Made by a program: the position numbers and the translations under genes. Below the pieces are notes generated by a model, which saw nothing but the letters and a program-made list of their open reading frames with translations, searched no databases and was not told where the DNA came from. 64,000 nucleotides of DNA from a virus: the UHGV virus genome UHGV-0351052; one strand, 5' to 3'. This document shows, piece after piece, positions 1-10,517 of the stretch (position 1 is the first letter of the stretch; the number at the start of each line of letters is the position of its first letter).

Positions 1-49
1 TGTTATCATCAAGAGCCTTCAGCTCTGCAATATAATCTTTATCTATCAT
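1..49 (-). CDS. hypothetical protein, N-terminal 16 codons only (gene runs off window start)
   Basis: ATG at 49 on minus strand preceded by GAGGAAA Shine-Dalgarno; reading frame open to window edge. Confidence 0.3.
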   Translation of the reverse strand, partial: MIDKDYIAELKALDDN

Positions 50-62
50 AATATTTCCTCAG

Positions 63-70
63 TATAAATA
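63..70 (+). promoter_or_regulatory. T4-type late promoter (TATAAATA) upstream of uvsW
   Basis: exact TATAAATA 30 nt upstream of uvsW ATG. Confidence 0.5.
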
Positions 71-99
71 TAGATATATTTATTACATGGTATTTAGAC

Positions 100-1611
100 A
101 TGACTGACATTAAAGTACATTTTTATGATTTTAGTCACGTGAGAATTGATTGTGAAGAAAGTACATTTCATGAACTCCGTGATTTCTTTAGCTTTGAAGC
201 TGATGGGTATCGTTTTAATCCGAAATACAGATATGGCCACTGGGATGGACGAATCCGTCTTTTAGATTATAATCGTCTTCTTCCATTCGGCTTAGTCGGG
301 CAAATTAAAAAGTTCTGTGATAACTTTGGCTATAAAGCCTGGATTGACCCACAAATTAACGAAAAAGAAGAATTATCAAGAAAAGATTTTGATGAATGGC
401 TTTCTAAGTTAGAAATCTATTCAGGAAATAAAAGAATTGAACCACACTGGTATCAAAAAGATGCAGTGTTCGAAGGATTAGTTAATCGTCGTAGAATTCT
501 TAATCTTCCAACATCCGCTGGTAAATCGTTAATTCAAGCTTTGCTTGCGCGATATTATTTGGAAAATTATGAAGGTAAAATTCTTATCATTGTTCCAACA
601 ACTGCTCTGACAACTCAGATGGCTGATGACTTTGTTGACTATCGTTTATTCAGTCATGCAATGATAAAGAAAATCGGTGGCGGAGCATCAAAAGATGATA
701 AATATAAAAATGATGCACCAGTCGTTGTTGGTACATGGCAAACTGTAGTTAAACAACCGAAAGAATGGTTCTCACAGTTTGGAATGATGATGAATGATGA
801 ATGTCATCTTGCTACAGGAAAAAGTATTTCATCTATCATATCAGGTTTAAATAACTGCATGTTTAAATTTGGTTTGTCTGGTTCATTACGTGATGGCAAA
901 GCTAATATCATGCAGTATGTTGGAATGTTCGGTGAAATATTTAAGCCAGTAACGACTTCTAAATTAATGGAAGATGGACAAGTAACTGAGCTAAAAATTA
1001 ATAGTATTTTTCTTCGCTATCCAGATGAGTTCACTACTAAATTAAAGGGAAAAACTTATCAAGAAGAAATAAAAATTATTACTGGGCTCAGTAAAAGAAA
1101 TAAATGGATCGCTAAATTAGCTATTAAGCTTGCGCAAAAAGATGAAAACGCTTTTGTCATGTTTAAACATGTATCGCATGGTAAAGCTATTTTCGATTTA
1201 ATTAAAAATGAATACGATAAAGTTTATTACGTATCAGGGGAAGTTGATACCGAAACCCGCAACGTAATGAAAACCTTAGCTGAAAATGGTAAAGGAATAA
1301 TTATAGTAGCGAGTTATGGTGTATTTTCTACTGGTATTTCAGTTAAAAATCTGCATCATGTTGTTTTAGCGCACGGCGTTAAATCAAAAATCATTGTATT
1401 ACAAACAATCGGTCGTGTATTACGTAAGCATGGTTCTAAAACAGTCGCAACAGTCTGGGACCTCATAGATGATTGTGGCGTTAAGCCAAAATCTGCTAAT
1501 ACGAAAAAGAAATATGTCCATTTGAACTATCTTTTAAAACACGGCATTGATCGTATTCAGCGCTACGCAGATGAAAAATTTAATTACGTAATGAAAACAG
1601 TTAATTTATAA
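100..1611 (+). CDS. uvsW: UvsW SF2 helicase (RNA-DNA and DNA-DNA helicase)
   Basis: 503 aa ORF; Walker A PTSAGKS and DECH box; matches T4 UvsW as recalled. Confidence 0.95.
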   Translation: MTDIKVHFYDFSHVRIDCEESTFHELRDFFSFEADGYRFNPKYRYGHWDGRIRLLDYNRLLPFGLVGQIKKFCDNFGYKAWIDPQINEKEELSRKDFDEWLSKLEIYSGNKRIEPHWYQKDAVFEGLVNRRRILNLPTSAGKSLIQALLARYYLENYEGKILIIVPTTALTTQMADDFVDYRLFSHAMIKKIGGGASKDDKYKNDAPVVVGTWQTVVKQPKEWFSQFGMMMNDECHLATGKSISSIISGLNNCMFKFGLSGSLRDGKANIMQYVGMFGEIFKPVTTSKLMEDGQVTELKINSIFLRYPDEFTTKLKGKTYQEEIKIITGLSKRNKWIAKLAIKLAQKDENAFVMFKHVSHGKAIFDLIKNEYDKVYYVSGEVDTETRNVMKTLAENGKGIIIVASYGVFSTGISVKNLHHVVLAHGVKSKIIVLQTIGRVLRKHGSKTVATVWDLIDDCGVKPKSANTKKKYVHLNYLLKHGIDRIQRYADEKFNYVMKTVNL

Positions 1612-1624
1612 GGGCTTCGGCCCT
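1611..1624 (+). other. GC stem-loop with UUCG tetraloop between uvsW and uvsW.1
   Basis: AGGGC-TTCG-GCCCT immediately after uvsW stop; weak T-tract, so not a confident terminator. Confidence 0.35.
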
Positions 1625-1636
1625 TTGGAGAAAAAG

Positions 1637-1867
1637 ATGTTACTAGGATTTAAACAATTTCTTTATGAAGCTTCTATTGATGAATTTATGGGTAAAATTG
1701 CCTCTTGCCAAACATTAGAAGGTCTAGAAGAACTTGAAGCTTATTATAAGAAAAGAGTCAAAGAAACTGAATTAAAAGATACTGATGACATCTCTGTGAG
1801 AGATGCTTTGGCAGGAAAAAGAGCTGAATTAGAAGATTCAGACGATGAAGTAGAAGAAAGCTTTTAA
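1637..1867 (+). CDS. uvsW.1: UvsW.1 small acidic protein
   Basis: ATG at 1637 with GGAG SD (track ORF begins at upstream TTG 1625); 76 aa. Confidence 0.75.
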   Translation: MLLGFKQFLYEASIDEFMGKIASCQTLEGLEELEAYYKKRVKETELKDTDDISVRDALAGKRAELEDSDDEVEESF

Positions 1868-1922
1868 ATTAAAAAAGGCCCAACCAAAAAGGAAGGGCCA
1901 AAACTATAGACTAAAGGTCACA

Positions 1923-2090
1923 CTATAGCAAAAGTTGTGTTTCATTTAATTGTTCTTCCGAACTTTCTGAAACTGGTAGTTCTTTAATGTAATTATAGCA
2001 AGGCCCAGGATGTACAGGACCTTTGTCTGTTTCAACAACCAATGCAGAATCGATTGGAGTTTTACAGACAACACAAATCTTATCTGACAT
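1923..2090 (-). CDS. small cysteine-motif protein (55 aa, CxxC...C)
   Basis: hand-translated ORF MSDKICVVCKTP...; below track size cut-off; lies downstream of late promoter at 2116-2123. Confidence 0.4.
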   Translation of the reverse strand: MSDKICVVCKTPIDSALVVETDKGPVHPGPCYNYIKELPVSESSEEQLNETQLLL

Positions 2091-2115
2091 GATTGTCTCC
2101 TCTGAATTATATATC

Positions 2116-2123
2116 TATTTATA
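2116..2123 (-). promoter_or_regulatory. T4-type late promoter (TATAAATA on minus strand)
   Basis: plus-strand TATTTATA 26 nt upstream of minus-strand ATG at 2090. Confidence 0.4.
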
Positions 2124-2343
2124 CAACTCTCATATGCATATCAATGCCCATATCTTTAGAATAAAAATATTCATCAAGATATCCAGCAAATTTTCCTTTA
2201 ACATAAAGTACATCTTCACCGCATGGGTGGTCGGCCAGGATACGAATATCCTGACGCTTGAGATTATACTTTTTCATTAAGAATTGAATTTCCGTTTCGA
2301 ATTCTTCTTCATAATTAAAAGCATCATCAATGCTATATCTCAT
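2119..2343 (-). CDS. hypothetical protein (74 aa) immediately downstream of uvsY
   Basis: ORF start overlaps uvsY stop (ATGA); T4-like synteny. Confidence 0.6.
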   Translation of the reverse strand: MRYSIDDAFNYEEEFETEIQFLMKKYNLKRQDIRILADHPCGEDVLYVKGKFAGYLDEYFYSKDMGIDMHMRVV

Positions 2344-2756
2344 TATTTTCCAGCCTCAAATGCTCGCATGTCTTGAATATGCTTAATGGCAAATCCACGT
2401 GATTTAATAGCATCAAGAGCTCCGCTACAGAAATCCAATAAAATCCCCCAATACTGTAACGAGGTATCAACCTTTAAAACATCCTTATCAGCTGATAGAA
2501 CTGTCTTCATTTCTGATTTCTCGTAACGATCCATACTAAATTCATCACCATCTCCTCGTCCCGAGTAGTAGTCTAATCTAGCTTTAAGAGCAACTTTTTT
2601 CTGTGCGTCAATTCTAAGCATTTCCTTTTTAATACTTGAATGCTTATTAAGCCATTTACTATATAACATCACATTATTAGCTGCTTCATACTGTAATTTA
2701 GTCGAATCTATAAACACATCTTTCTTCAATTCTTCTTGAAGATCTTCTAATCTCAT
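2343..2756 (-). CDS. uvsY: UvsY recombination mediator protein
   Basis: 137 aa; matches T4 UvsY as recalled. Confidence 0.95.
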   Translation of the reverse strand: MRLEDLQEELKKDVFIDSTKLQYEAANNVMLYSKWLNKHSSIKKEMLRIDAQKKVALKARLDYYSGRGDGDEFSMDRYEKSEMKTVLSADKDVLKVDTSLQYWGILLDFCSGALDAIKSRGFAIKHIQDMRAFEAGK

Positions 2757-2822
2757 ATTGTTCTCTATTCAATTGTTATTGGATGGACTTAGATTCATTA
2801 TACCACGTTTTAACGTGAAGCA

Positions 2823-3221
2823 TTATACCCTATTACTCGAAGCCAGTTGCAGTTTTATCTGCTCAATATCATCAGGGTTATCGATGACCGAAAAGCGTAT
2901 TTCTACTATCAGAGTATAATCATCATAAACTGGTATCACATTAACTGATAATTTATCAATACGTGGCTCATAGTTTCTTACTGCGCTTTCAATATTGCGC
3001 TCAACTGTGTCAGCAGTAAGAGGAGTCATATTTTCAAAAAGCTGGTCTGATAAATCACATCCAAATTCAGGGTCAAACGGTCTTGAACCTTTTCTTGTTG
3101 TAATAATTCCCAAAAGACTGTTTTTAATTGACCTTAATCCAAGTGATCTGGAAACATCTTTGTTCCAATCCATTTTCATTTCCGGGTCAATATCAGAATA
3201 AAGCTTATTAATATTTGCCAT
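2823..3221 (-). CDS. 25: baseplate wedge protein gp25
   Basis: 132 aa; T4 gp25 length and sequence. Confidence 0.95.
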   Translation of the reverse strand: MANINKLYSDIDPEMKMDWNKDVSRSLGLRSIKNSLLGIITTRKGSRPFDPEFGCDLSDQLFENMTPLTADTVERNIESAVRNYEPRIDKLSVNVIPVYDDYTLIVEIRFSVIDNPDDIEQIKLQLASSNRV

Positions 3222-3847
3222 TATAGTAACTCAAAGAACTCTTTGAGGCCTCTTATTACATGAGCATGGGTTTTTCCACACTCTGGACATTTAATTGGAA
3301 CAGCCAAATAAACGGTAGGTTTTAAAAGCATATCTTTTATAGCTACAATATCTGACTCTGTGATGATAGAATATAAATCTTCTAGTTCCTTTTCATTTAA
3401 GTCTTCAACTGGAATGCTTTCCCCGTTAGCATGAATCGTTTCTATGCATGATACTATCATGTGGGCTATATTTTTATCATCAAAAATTTTAGGGTATCGG
3501 AATTTAATTTTAATGTCACCCAGTGTATACCAGAGGTCTTCTGGTGCATCTATTTGTGTATGTAATAGATTTATATGGGTTGGTATTTCAGTTCCACAGG
3601 TGCACTTCCAGGAGTTTTCGTGATTAACTTCGCCGAGAGAATGTGCCCATAAATGAATCAGCAGTAGTTCTGATTCTTGGCGGTTTAAATCTTTTGCATT
3701 TGTGCAGTCTTTGATTAGCTTTTTAACAATTACTTCTACAGAACCATTATTTTTGGCAGTAATAAGTTCTAGATATTCTTTAAGCGTGAATGCGCGACAA
3801 TTGATTATTTTAGAACCAACTCTCACATCAAATTTGTATTCATACAT
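3221..3847 (-). CDS. 26: baseplate hub protein gp26
   Basis: 208 aa; synteny 25-26-51-27. Confidence 0.9.
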   Translation of the reverse strand: MYEYKFDVRVGSKIINCRAFTLKEYLELITAKNNGSVEVIVKKLIKDCTNAKDLNRQESELLLIHLWAHSLGEVNHENSWKCTCGTEIPTHINLLHTQIDAPEDLWYTLGDIKIKFRYPKIFDDKNIAHMIVSCIETIHANGESIPVEDLNEKELEDLYSIITESDIVAIKDMLLKPTVYLAVPIKCPECGKTHAHVIRGLKEFFELL

Positions 3848-3868
3848 ATTTAGCTCCTTTATTTATCA

Positions 3869-3876
3869 TATTTATA
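3869..3876 (-). promoter_or_regulatory. late promoter TATAAATA (minus strand) for genes 26/25
   Basis: plus-strand TATTTATA 22 nt upstream of gene 26 start; overlaps divergent promoter. Confidence 0.5.
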
Positions 3877-3880
3877 AATA
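3873..3880 (+). promoter_or_regulatory. late promoter TATAAATA for gene 51
   Basis: TATAAATA 18 nt upstream of gene 51 ATG; shares palindrome TATTTATAAATA with minus-strand promoter. Confidence 0.5.
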
Positions 3881-3897
3881 GAATAAAAGGAGCATCT

Positions 3898-4647
3898 ATG
3901 GCAAACATTATTCGTTGTAAATTACCAGATGGTGTTCATCGTTTTAAACCATTTACGGTAGAAGATTATCGAGATTTTTTGTTAGTTCGAAACGATATAG
4001 AACATCGGTCACCACAAGAACAAAAAGAAATAATTACTGATTTAATTGATGATTATTTTGGAGACTATCCGAAGACTTGGCAACCATTTATATTTTTGCA
4101 GGTATTTGTAGGGTCAATAGGTAAAACTAAAGTACCGGTCACATTTGTATGTCCAAAATGTAAAAAAGAAAAGACAGTTCCATTTGAAATATATCAAAAA
4201 GAATTAAAGGAACCTGTTTTTGATGTAGCTAATGTTAAAATTAAATTAAAGTTTCCTTCTGAGTTTTATGAAAATAAAGCAAAGATGATTACTGAAAATA
4301 TTCATTCTGTTCAAGTAGATGAAACTTGGTATGATTGGAAGGAAATTAGTGAATCAAGCCAAATAGAACTTGTTGATGCCATCGAGATAGAAACATTAGA
4401 AAAAATTCTCGATGCAATGAATCCTATTAATTTAACTCTACATATGTCATGCTGTAATAAGTACATTAAAAAATACACTGATATAGTAGACGTGTTTAAG
4501 CTATTAGTTAACCCAGATGAGATATTTACTTTTTATCAAATTAATCACACACTCGTAAAAAGTAATTATAGCTTAAATTCAATAATGAAAATGATTCCTG
4601 CTGAACGTGGATTCGTATTAAAACTGATTGAGAAGGATAAACAATAA
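3898..4647 (+). CDS. 51: baseplate hub assembly protein gp51
   Basis: 249 aa; synteny. Confidence 0.9.
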   Translation: MANIIRCKLPDGVHRFKPFTVEDYRDFLLVRNDIEHRSPQEQKEIITDLIDDYFGDYPKTWQPFIFLQVFVGSIGKTKVPVTFVCPKCKKEKTVPFEIYQKELKEPVFDVANVKIKLKFPSEFYENKAKMITENIHSVQVDETWYDWKEISESSQIELVDAIEIETLEKILDAMNPINLTLHMSCCNKYIKKYTDIVDVFKLLVNPDEIFTFYQINHTLVKSNYSLNSIMKMIPAERGFVLKLIEKDKQ

Positions 4648-5822
4648 TGAGTATGTTGCAACGCCCCGGATATCCAAATCTCAGCGTTAAATTATTTGAT
4701 AGCTACGACGCTTGGAGTAATAATAGATTTGTTGAATTAGCTGCTACTATTACCACATTAACTATGCGGGATTCTCTTTATGGACGAAATGAAGGAATGC
4801 TGCAGTTTTATGATTCTAAAAACATCCATACAAAAATGGATGGAAATGAAATAATTCAGATTTCTGTAGCTAATGCAAATGATATTAATAATGTTAAAAC
4901 ACGAATTTATGGATGTAAGCATTTTTCCGTGTCAGTAGATTCAAAAGGTGATAACATCATTGCTATTGAATTGGGAACTATTCATTCTATAGAAAATCTT
5001 AAATTTGGTAGACCATTTTTCCCTGATGCAGGTGAATCTATAAAAGAAATGCTTGGTGTCATTTATCAGGATCGCACATTATTAACTCCAGCAATAAATG
5101 CTATAAATGCTTATGTTCCTGATATTCCATGGACTAGCACATTTGAAAACTATTTGTCATATGTAAGAGAAGTTGCTCTAGCTGTAGGAAGCGACAAATT
5201 TGTATTTGTGTGGCAAGACATCATGGGAGTTAACATGATGGACTATGATATGATGATAAATCAAGAACCATATCCAATGATTGTCGGTGAGCCATCTTTA
5301 ATAGGTCAATTCATCCAAGAATTAAAATATCCATTAGCATATGATTTTGTTTGGTTGACTAAATCGAATCCTCACAAACGTGACCCAATGAAAAATGCTA
5401 CTATCTATGCTCATTCATTTTTAGATTCTTCATTGCCAATGATTACTACAGGAAAGGGCGAAAACTCTATTGTAGTGTCAAGGTCAGGTGCTTATTCTGA
5501 AATGACTTATAGGAATGGATATGAAGAAGCTATTCGTCTTCAAACTATGGCACAATATGACGGTTATGCTAAATGTTCTACTGTCGGTAATTTTAACTTG
5601 ACTCCTGGTGTTAAAATTATTTTTAATGATAGTAAAAACCAATTTAAAACAGAATTTTACGTTGATGAAGTTATCCATGAATTATCCAATAATAATTCAG
5701 TAACTCATCTATATATGTTCACTAATGCAACGAAACTGGAAACAATAGACCCAGTTAAGGTTAAAAATGAATTTAAATCTGATACTACCACTGAAGAAAG
5801 TAGTTCTTCCAATAAGCAATAA
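4647..5822 (+). CDS. 27: baseplate hub protein gp27
   Basis: 391 aa; T4 gp27 length. Confidence 0.95.
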   Translation: MSMLQRPGYPNLSVKLFDSYDAWSNNRFVELAATITTLTMRDSLYGRNEGMLQFYDSKNIHTKMDGNEIIQISVANANDINNVKTRIYGCKHFSVSVDSKGDNIIAIELGTIHSIENLKFGRPFFPDAGESIKEMLGVIYQDRTLLTPAINAINAYVPDIPWTSTFENYLSYVREVALAVGSDKFVFVWQDIMGVNMMDYDMMINQEPYPMIVGEPSLIGQFIQELKYPLAYDFVWLTKSNPHKRDPMKNATIYAHSFLDSSLPMITTGKGENSIVVSRSGAYSEMTYRNGYEEAIRLQTMAQYDGYAKCSTVGNFNLTPGVKIIFNDSKNQFKTEFYVDEVIHELSNNNSVTHLYMFTNATKLETIDPVKVKNEFKSDTTTEESSSSNKQ

Positions 5823-6300
5823 AGAAGTTTCTATTCCTAAAATGGGTCTTAAACATTATAACATTTTAAAGGATGTTAAAGGTCCTGATGAAAATTTAAA
5901 ACTTCTTATTGATTCTATTTGTCCGAATTTATCACCAGCAGAAGTTGATTTCGTTTCTATTCATTTATTGGAATTTAATGGAAAGATTAAATCTCGTAAA
6001 GAAATAGATGGCTATACTTATGACATTAACGATGTTTATGTATGCCAAAGATTAGAATTTCAATACCAAGGAAATACATTTTATTTTAGACCTCCTGGAA
6101 AATTTGAACAATTTTTAACAGTGAGCGATATGTTATCTAAATGCTTGCTTAAGGTCAACGATGAAGTTAAAGAAATTAATTTTCTTGAGATGCCAGCATT
6201 CGTTTTAAAATGGGCAAATGATATTTTTACAACTTTAGCAATTCCTGGCCCTAATGGTCCAATAACTGGAATTGGCAATATTATTGGATTATTTGAATGA
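5767..6300 (+). CDS. 28: baseplate hub distal protein gp28
   Basis: 177 aa; ATG start overlaps 3' end of gene 27 by 56 nt. Confidence 0.8.
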   Translation: MNLNLILPLKKVVLPISNKEVSIPKMGLKHYNILKDVKGPDENLKLLIDSICPNLSPAEVDFVSIHLLEFNGKIKSRKEIDGYTYDINDVYVCQRLEFQYQGNTFYFRPPGKFEQFLTVSDMLSKCLLKVNDEVKEINFLEMPAFVLKWANDIFTTLAIPGPNGPITGIGNIIGLFE

Positions 6301-8069
6301 AAAAGCCACAAGAAATGCAAACGATGCGTAGAAAAGTTATTTCAGATAATAAACCAACACAGGAAGCGGCTAAATCCGCTTCCAACACTTTATCTGGACT
6401 TAATGATATATCTACGAAATTGGATGATGCTCAAGCTGCTTCTGAATTAATTGCTCAAACTGTCGAAGAAAAATCGAATGAAATAGTTGGAGCAATTGGT
6501 AACGTAGAAAGCGCAGTGAGTGATACTACTGCCGGTTCTGAGTTAATTGCTGAAACTGTCGAAATTGGCAATAATATTAATAAAGAAATCGGTGAATCAC
6601 TCGGAAGCAAATTAGATAAATTAACGAGTTTATTAGAACAAAAAATTCAGACAGCTGGAATTCAACAAACAGGAACCAGTTTAGCCACAGTTGAAAGCGC
6701 TATTCCTGTTAAAGTCGTTGAGGATGATACTGCTGAATCTGTGGGTCCTTTATTACCGGCTCCCAAAGCAGTTAATAATGATCCTGACGCTGATTTTTTC
6801 CCTACCCCTCAGCCAGTTGAACCCAAACAAGAATCACCAGAAGAAAAACAGAAAAAAGAAGCATTTAACTTAAAATTATCTCAAGCTTTAGATAAATTAA
6901 CAAAGACTGTTGATTTTGGATTTAAGAAATCCATTTCAATTAGTGATAAAATATCAAGCATGCTATTTAAGTACACCGTCAGTGCTGCTATTGAAGCCGC
7001 TAAAATGACTGCAATGATATTGGCTGTTGTTGTTGGAATAGATCTTCTGATGGTTCACTTTAAATATTGGTCAGATAAATTTTCGCAGGCTTGGGATTTG
7101 TTTAATACTGACTTTACTAAATTCTCTAGCGAAACCGGAACATGGGGTCCTTTATTACAGAGCATCTTTAGTTCTATTGATGAAATTAAAAAGTTCTGGG
7201 AAGCAGGAGATTGGGGTGGATTAACAGTAGCTATTGTTGAAGGGCTTGGAAAGGTTCTTTTTAATTTAGGAGAGCTTATTCAATTAGGTATGGCTAAATT
7301 ATCTGCGGCAATTCTTCGAGTTATTCCTGGCATGAAGGATACTGCTGATGAAGTAGAAGGAAGAGCATTAGAAAATTTCCAAAATTCTACTGGAGCATCT
7401 CTCAATAAAGAAGACCAAGAAAAAGTAGCAAATTATCAAGATAAACGAATGAATGACGATCTTGGTCCAATAGCAAAAGGATTAGATAAAATTGCTAATT
7501 GGAAAACCCGTGCATCTAACTGGATTCGTGGTGTTGATAATAAAGAAGCATTGACAACCGATGAAGAACGCGCAGCAGAAGAAGAAAAATTAAAGCAACT
7601 TTCACCAGAAGAAAGAAAAAACGCTTTAATGAAGGCTAATGAAGCTCGTGCTGCGATGATTCGTTTTGAAAAATATGCCGATTCAGCTGATATGAGTAAA
7701 GACTCAACAGTTAAATCAATTGAAGCCGCTCATGAAGACCTTAAAAAACGGATGAATGACCCGGATTTAAATAATTCACCTGCAGTTAAAAAGGAGCTTG
7801 CTTCTAGATTTGCTAAAATTGATGCTACTTATCAAGAGCTTAAGAAAAATCAACCTGAGGCCAAACCTGAAACTTCTGCTAAATCGCCAGAAGCAAAACA
7901 AGTCCAGGTAATAGAAAAGAACAAAGCGCAACAAGCTCCTGTTCAACAAGCATCTCCTTCAATCAATAATACTAATAATGTTATTAAGAAAAATACTGTC
8001 GTTCATAATATGACACCTGTTACGAGTACAACTGCTCCTGGTGTATTTGGCGCGACTGGAGTTAATTAA
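6297..8069 (+). CDS. 29: baseplate hub / tail-length determining protein gp29
   Basis: 590 aa; ATGA overlap with gene 28. Confidence 0.9.
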   Translation: MKKPQEMQTMRRKVISDNKPTQEAAKSASNTLSGLNDISTKLDDAQAASELIAQTVEEKSNEIVGAIGNVESAVSDTTAGSELIAETVEIGNNINKEIGESLGSKLDKLTSLLEQKIQTAGIQQTGTSLATVESAIPVKVVEDDTAESVGPLLPAPKAVNNDPDADFFPTPQPVEPKQESPEEKQKKEAFNLKLSQALDKLTKTVDFGFKKSISISDKISSMLFKYTVSAAIEAAKMTAMILAVVVGIDLLMVHFKYWSDKFSQAWDLFNTDFTKFSSETGTWGPLLQSIFSSIDEIKKFWEAGDWGGLTVAIVEGLGKVLFNLGELIQLGMAKLSAAILRVIPGMKDTADEVEGRALENFQNSTGASLNKEDQEKVANYQDKRMNDDLGPIAKGLDKIANWKTRASNWIRGVDNKEALTTDEERAAEEEKLKQLSPEERKNALMKANEARAAMIRFEKYADSADMSKDSTVKSIEAAHEDLKKRMNDPDLNNSPAVKKELASRFAKIDATYQELKKNQPEAKPETSAKSPEAKQVQVIEKNKAQQAPVQQASPSINNTNNVIKKNTVVHNMTPVTSTTAPGVFGATGVN

Positions 8070-8077
8070 GGAATAAT

Positions 8078-9172
8078 ATGGCAATTGTTAAAGAAATAAC
8101 TGCTGATTTAATTAAAAAGTCTGGCGAGACAATTTCAGCTGGACAGAGTACTAAATCAGAAGTAGGAACTAAAACATACACAGCCCAGTTTCCAACTGGG
8201 CGTGCTAGTGGGAATGACACTACAGGGGACTTCCAGGTAACAGATCTATATAAGAATGGATTATTATTTACTGCATACAATATGTCATCTAGGGATTCTG
8301 GAAGTCTCAGAACGATGAGATCTAACTACTCTTCTTCATCTTCTAGTATTTTACGTACAGCCAGAAACACTATCAGTAATACAGTATCAAAACTGTCAAA
8401 TGGATTAATATCAGATAATAATTCAGGAACAATAAGTAAAGTTCCTGTTGCAAATATTCTTTTACCGAGATCTAAATCCGATGTTGATACATCATCACAT
8501 AGATTTAACGATGTTCAAGATAGTCTTATTACAAAAGGTGGAGGTACTGCTACTGGTGTGTTAAGCAATATGGCTTCAACTGCAGTATTTGGAGCACTGG
8601 AAAGTATAACACAAGGTATAATGGCTGATAATAATGAACAGATTTATACGACAGCCAGAAGTATGTATGGTGGTGCTGAGAATAGAACTAAAGTGTTCAC
8701 TTGGGATTTGACTCCGCGTTCCACGGAAGATTTAATGGCTATTATTAATATCTATCAATATTTTAACTATTTTTCTTATGGTGAAACGGGTAAATCTCAA
8801 TATGCTGCTGAAATAAAAGGATATCTAGATGAGTGGTATCGCTCTACTTTTATTGAGCCATTAACTCCAGAAGATGCAGTTAAAAATAAGACGTTATTTG
8901 AGAAAATGACATCGAGTTTAACTAACGTTCTTGTAGTTTCAAACCCGACAATTTGGATGGTTAAAAACTTTGGCGCAACTTCTAAATTTGACGGAAAAAC
9001 AGAAGTGTTTGGACCGTGTCAAATTCAAAGTATTAGATTTGATAAAACTCCGAATGGTAATTTTAACGGATTAGCTATTGCTCCTAACCTTCCAAGTTCT
9101 TTTACACTCGAGATTACTATGAGAGAGATTATCACGTTAAACCGTGCTTCTTTATATACGGGGACTTTCTAA
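8078..9172 (+). CDS. 48: baseplate tail-tube junction protein gp48
   Basis: 364 aa; synteny. Confidence 0.9.
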   Translation: MAIVKEITADLIKKSGETISAGQSTKSEVGTKTYTAQFPTGRASGNDTTGDFQVTDLYKNGLLFTAYNMSSRDSGSLRTMRSNYSSSSSSILRTARNTISNTVSKLSNGLISDNNSGTISKVPVANILLPRSKSDVDTSSHRFNDVQDSLITKGGGTATGVLSNMASTAVFGALESITQGIMADNNEQIYTTARSMYGGAENRTKVFTWDLTPRSTEDLMAIINIYQYFNYFSYGETGKSQYAAEIKGYLDEWYRSTFIEPLTPEDAVKNKTLFEKMTSSLTNVLVVSNPTIWMVKNFGATSKFDGKTEVFGPCQIQSIRFDKTPNGNFNGLAIAPNLPSSFTLEITMREIITLNRASLYTGTF

Positions 9173-10137
9173 TGTATTCTTTAGAGGAATTTAATAACCA
9201 AGCAATAAACGCAGACTTCCAACGTAATAATATGTTTAGCTGCGTTTTTGCAACAACTCCATCAACTAAAAGCTCTTCGTTGATAAGTTCAATTAGCAAC
9301 TTTTCTTATAATAACTTGGGCCTAAATTCAAATTGGTTAGGATTAACTCAAGGTGATATTAATCAGGGAATTACCACGCTAATTACAGCTGGCACACAAA
9401 AACTGATAAGAAAATCAGGGGTTAGTAAATATCTTATTGGTGCCATGAGTCAACGTACAGTTCAAAGTTTATTAGGCTCATTCACAGTTGGTACATATTT
9501 AATTGACTTCTTTAACATGGCATATAACTCATCTGGATTGATGATATATTCTGTAAAAATGCCAGAGAACAGATTATCCTATGAAACTGACTGGAACTAT
9601 AATTCTCCTAATATTCGTATAACCGGAAGAGAATTAGATCCTTTGGTTATTTCATTTAGAATGGATTCAGAAGCTTGTAACTATCGTGCAATGCAAGACT
9701 GGGTTAACGCTGTTCAAGACCCAGTAACTGGACTGCGTGCTTTGCCACAAGATGTCGAGGCAGATATTCAGGTTAATCTTCATGCTCGTAATGGATTACC
9801 TCATACTGCAGTGATGTTCACCGGATGCATTCCAATGTCAGTGAGCGCTCCTGAGTTATCATATGATGGAGATAACCAAATAACTACGTTTGATGTTACT
9901 TTTGCGTATAGAGTCATGCAGGCTGGAGCAGTTGATAGACAAGCTGCGCTTGAGTGGCTTGAATCTGCTGCTATAAATGGCATTCAAAGCGTTCTCGGAA
10001 ATAGTGGAGGTGTTACTGGATTATCTAATTCGCTTTCACGACTTAGTAGATTAGGTGGAACTGCTGGAAGCATTTCAAACATTAATACTATGACGGGAAT
10101 TGTCAATTCGCAAAGTAAAATATTAGGAGCAATATAA
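9172..10137 (+). CDS. 54: baseplate tail-tube initiator gp54
   Basis: 321 aa; synteny. Confidence 0.9.
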   Translation: MYSLEEFNNQAINADFQRNNMFSCVFATTPSTKSSSLISSISNFSYNNLGLNSNWLGLTQGDINQGITTLITAGTQKLIRKSGVSKYLIGAMSQRTVQSLLGSFTVGTYLIDFFNMAYNSSGLMIYSVKMPENRLSYETDWNYNSPNIRITGRELDPLVISFRMDSEACNYRAMQDWVNAVQDPVTGLRALPQDVEADIQVNLHARNGLPHTAVMFTGCIPMSVSAPELSYDGDNQITTFDVTFAYRVMQAGAVDRQAALEWLESAAINGIQSVLGNSGGVTGLSNSLSRLSRLGGTAGSISNINTMTGIVNSQSKILGAI

Positions 10138-10141
10138 CAAT

Positions 10142-10170
10142 GGGGACCGAAAGGTCCCCATATTTTTATT
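10142..10170 (+). terminator. rho-independent terminator after gene 54
   Basis: GGGGACC-GAAA-GGTCCCC hairpin followed by ATATTTTTATTT. Confidence 0.6.
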
Positions 10171-10456
10171 TGCGGAATGAAATGAAAGCAGAAACTGAAG
10201 CAACTAAACTATCTTCAATATAAACTTCAATTTTTACCGGAGCTTCTGACTCAAATTTACCTGTTACTACACCCTGAAAAATACTTTCAGTCTGTTCTGG
10301 CTTTGAAAAATTTTCAGAAGGAAAAATTCCAAACTTTTTATCTGTTCCGAAAATTTTGATAAATTCATCATAAACTGCTTCATTAAAAGCATTATCAGCA
10401 GGAATAACGCCTTCAACTACAAGTTCTTGACCTAAAAAGCGTAAAGAAGATTTCAT
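10166..10456 (-). CDS. hypothetical protein (96 aa)
   Basis: ORF with GAGGAA SD; driven by duplicated early promoter cassette. Confidence 0.6.
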   Translation of the reverse strand: MKSSLRFLGQELVVEGVIPADNAFNEAVYDEFIKIFGTDKKFGIFPSENFSKPEQTESIFQGVVTGKFESEAPVKIEVYIEDSLVASVSAFISFRK

Positions 10457-10487
10457 TTTGTGTTCCTCATGTTATGTCAGTAAGACT

Positions 10488-10517
10488 ACTATAACACAAC
10501 ACGAGGGACTTGTAAAC
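10488..10517 (-). promoter_or_regulatory. sigma70-type early promoter (-35 GTTTACA, 17-bp spacer, -10 TATAGT)
   Basis: motif on minus strand; part of 54-bp cassette identical to 25900-25953. Confidence 0.5.

Noticed and set aside
2023-2280. 85-aa plus-strand ORF overlapping the uvsY-adjacent minus-strand gene
   Set aside because: Starts at TTG, lies antisense to a syntenic gene, is low-complexity and hydrophobic, and has no RBS; judged a spurious antisense ORF.
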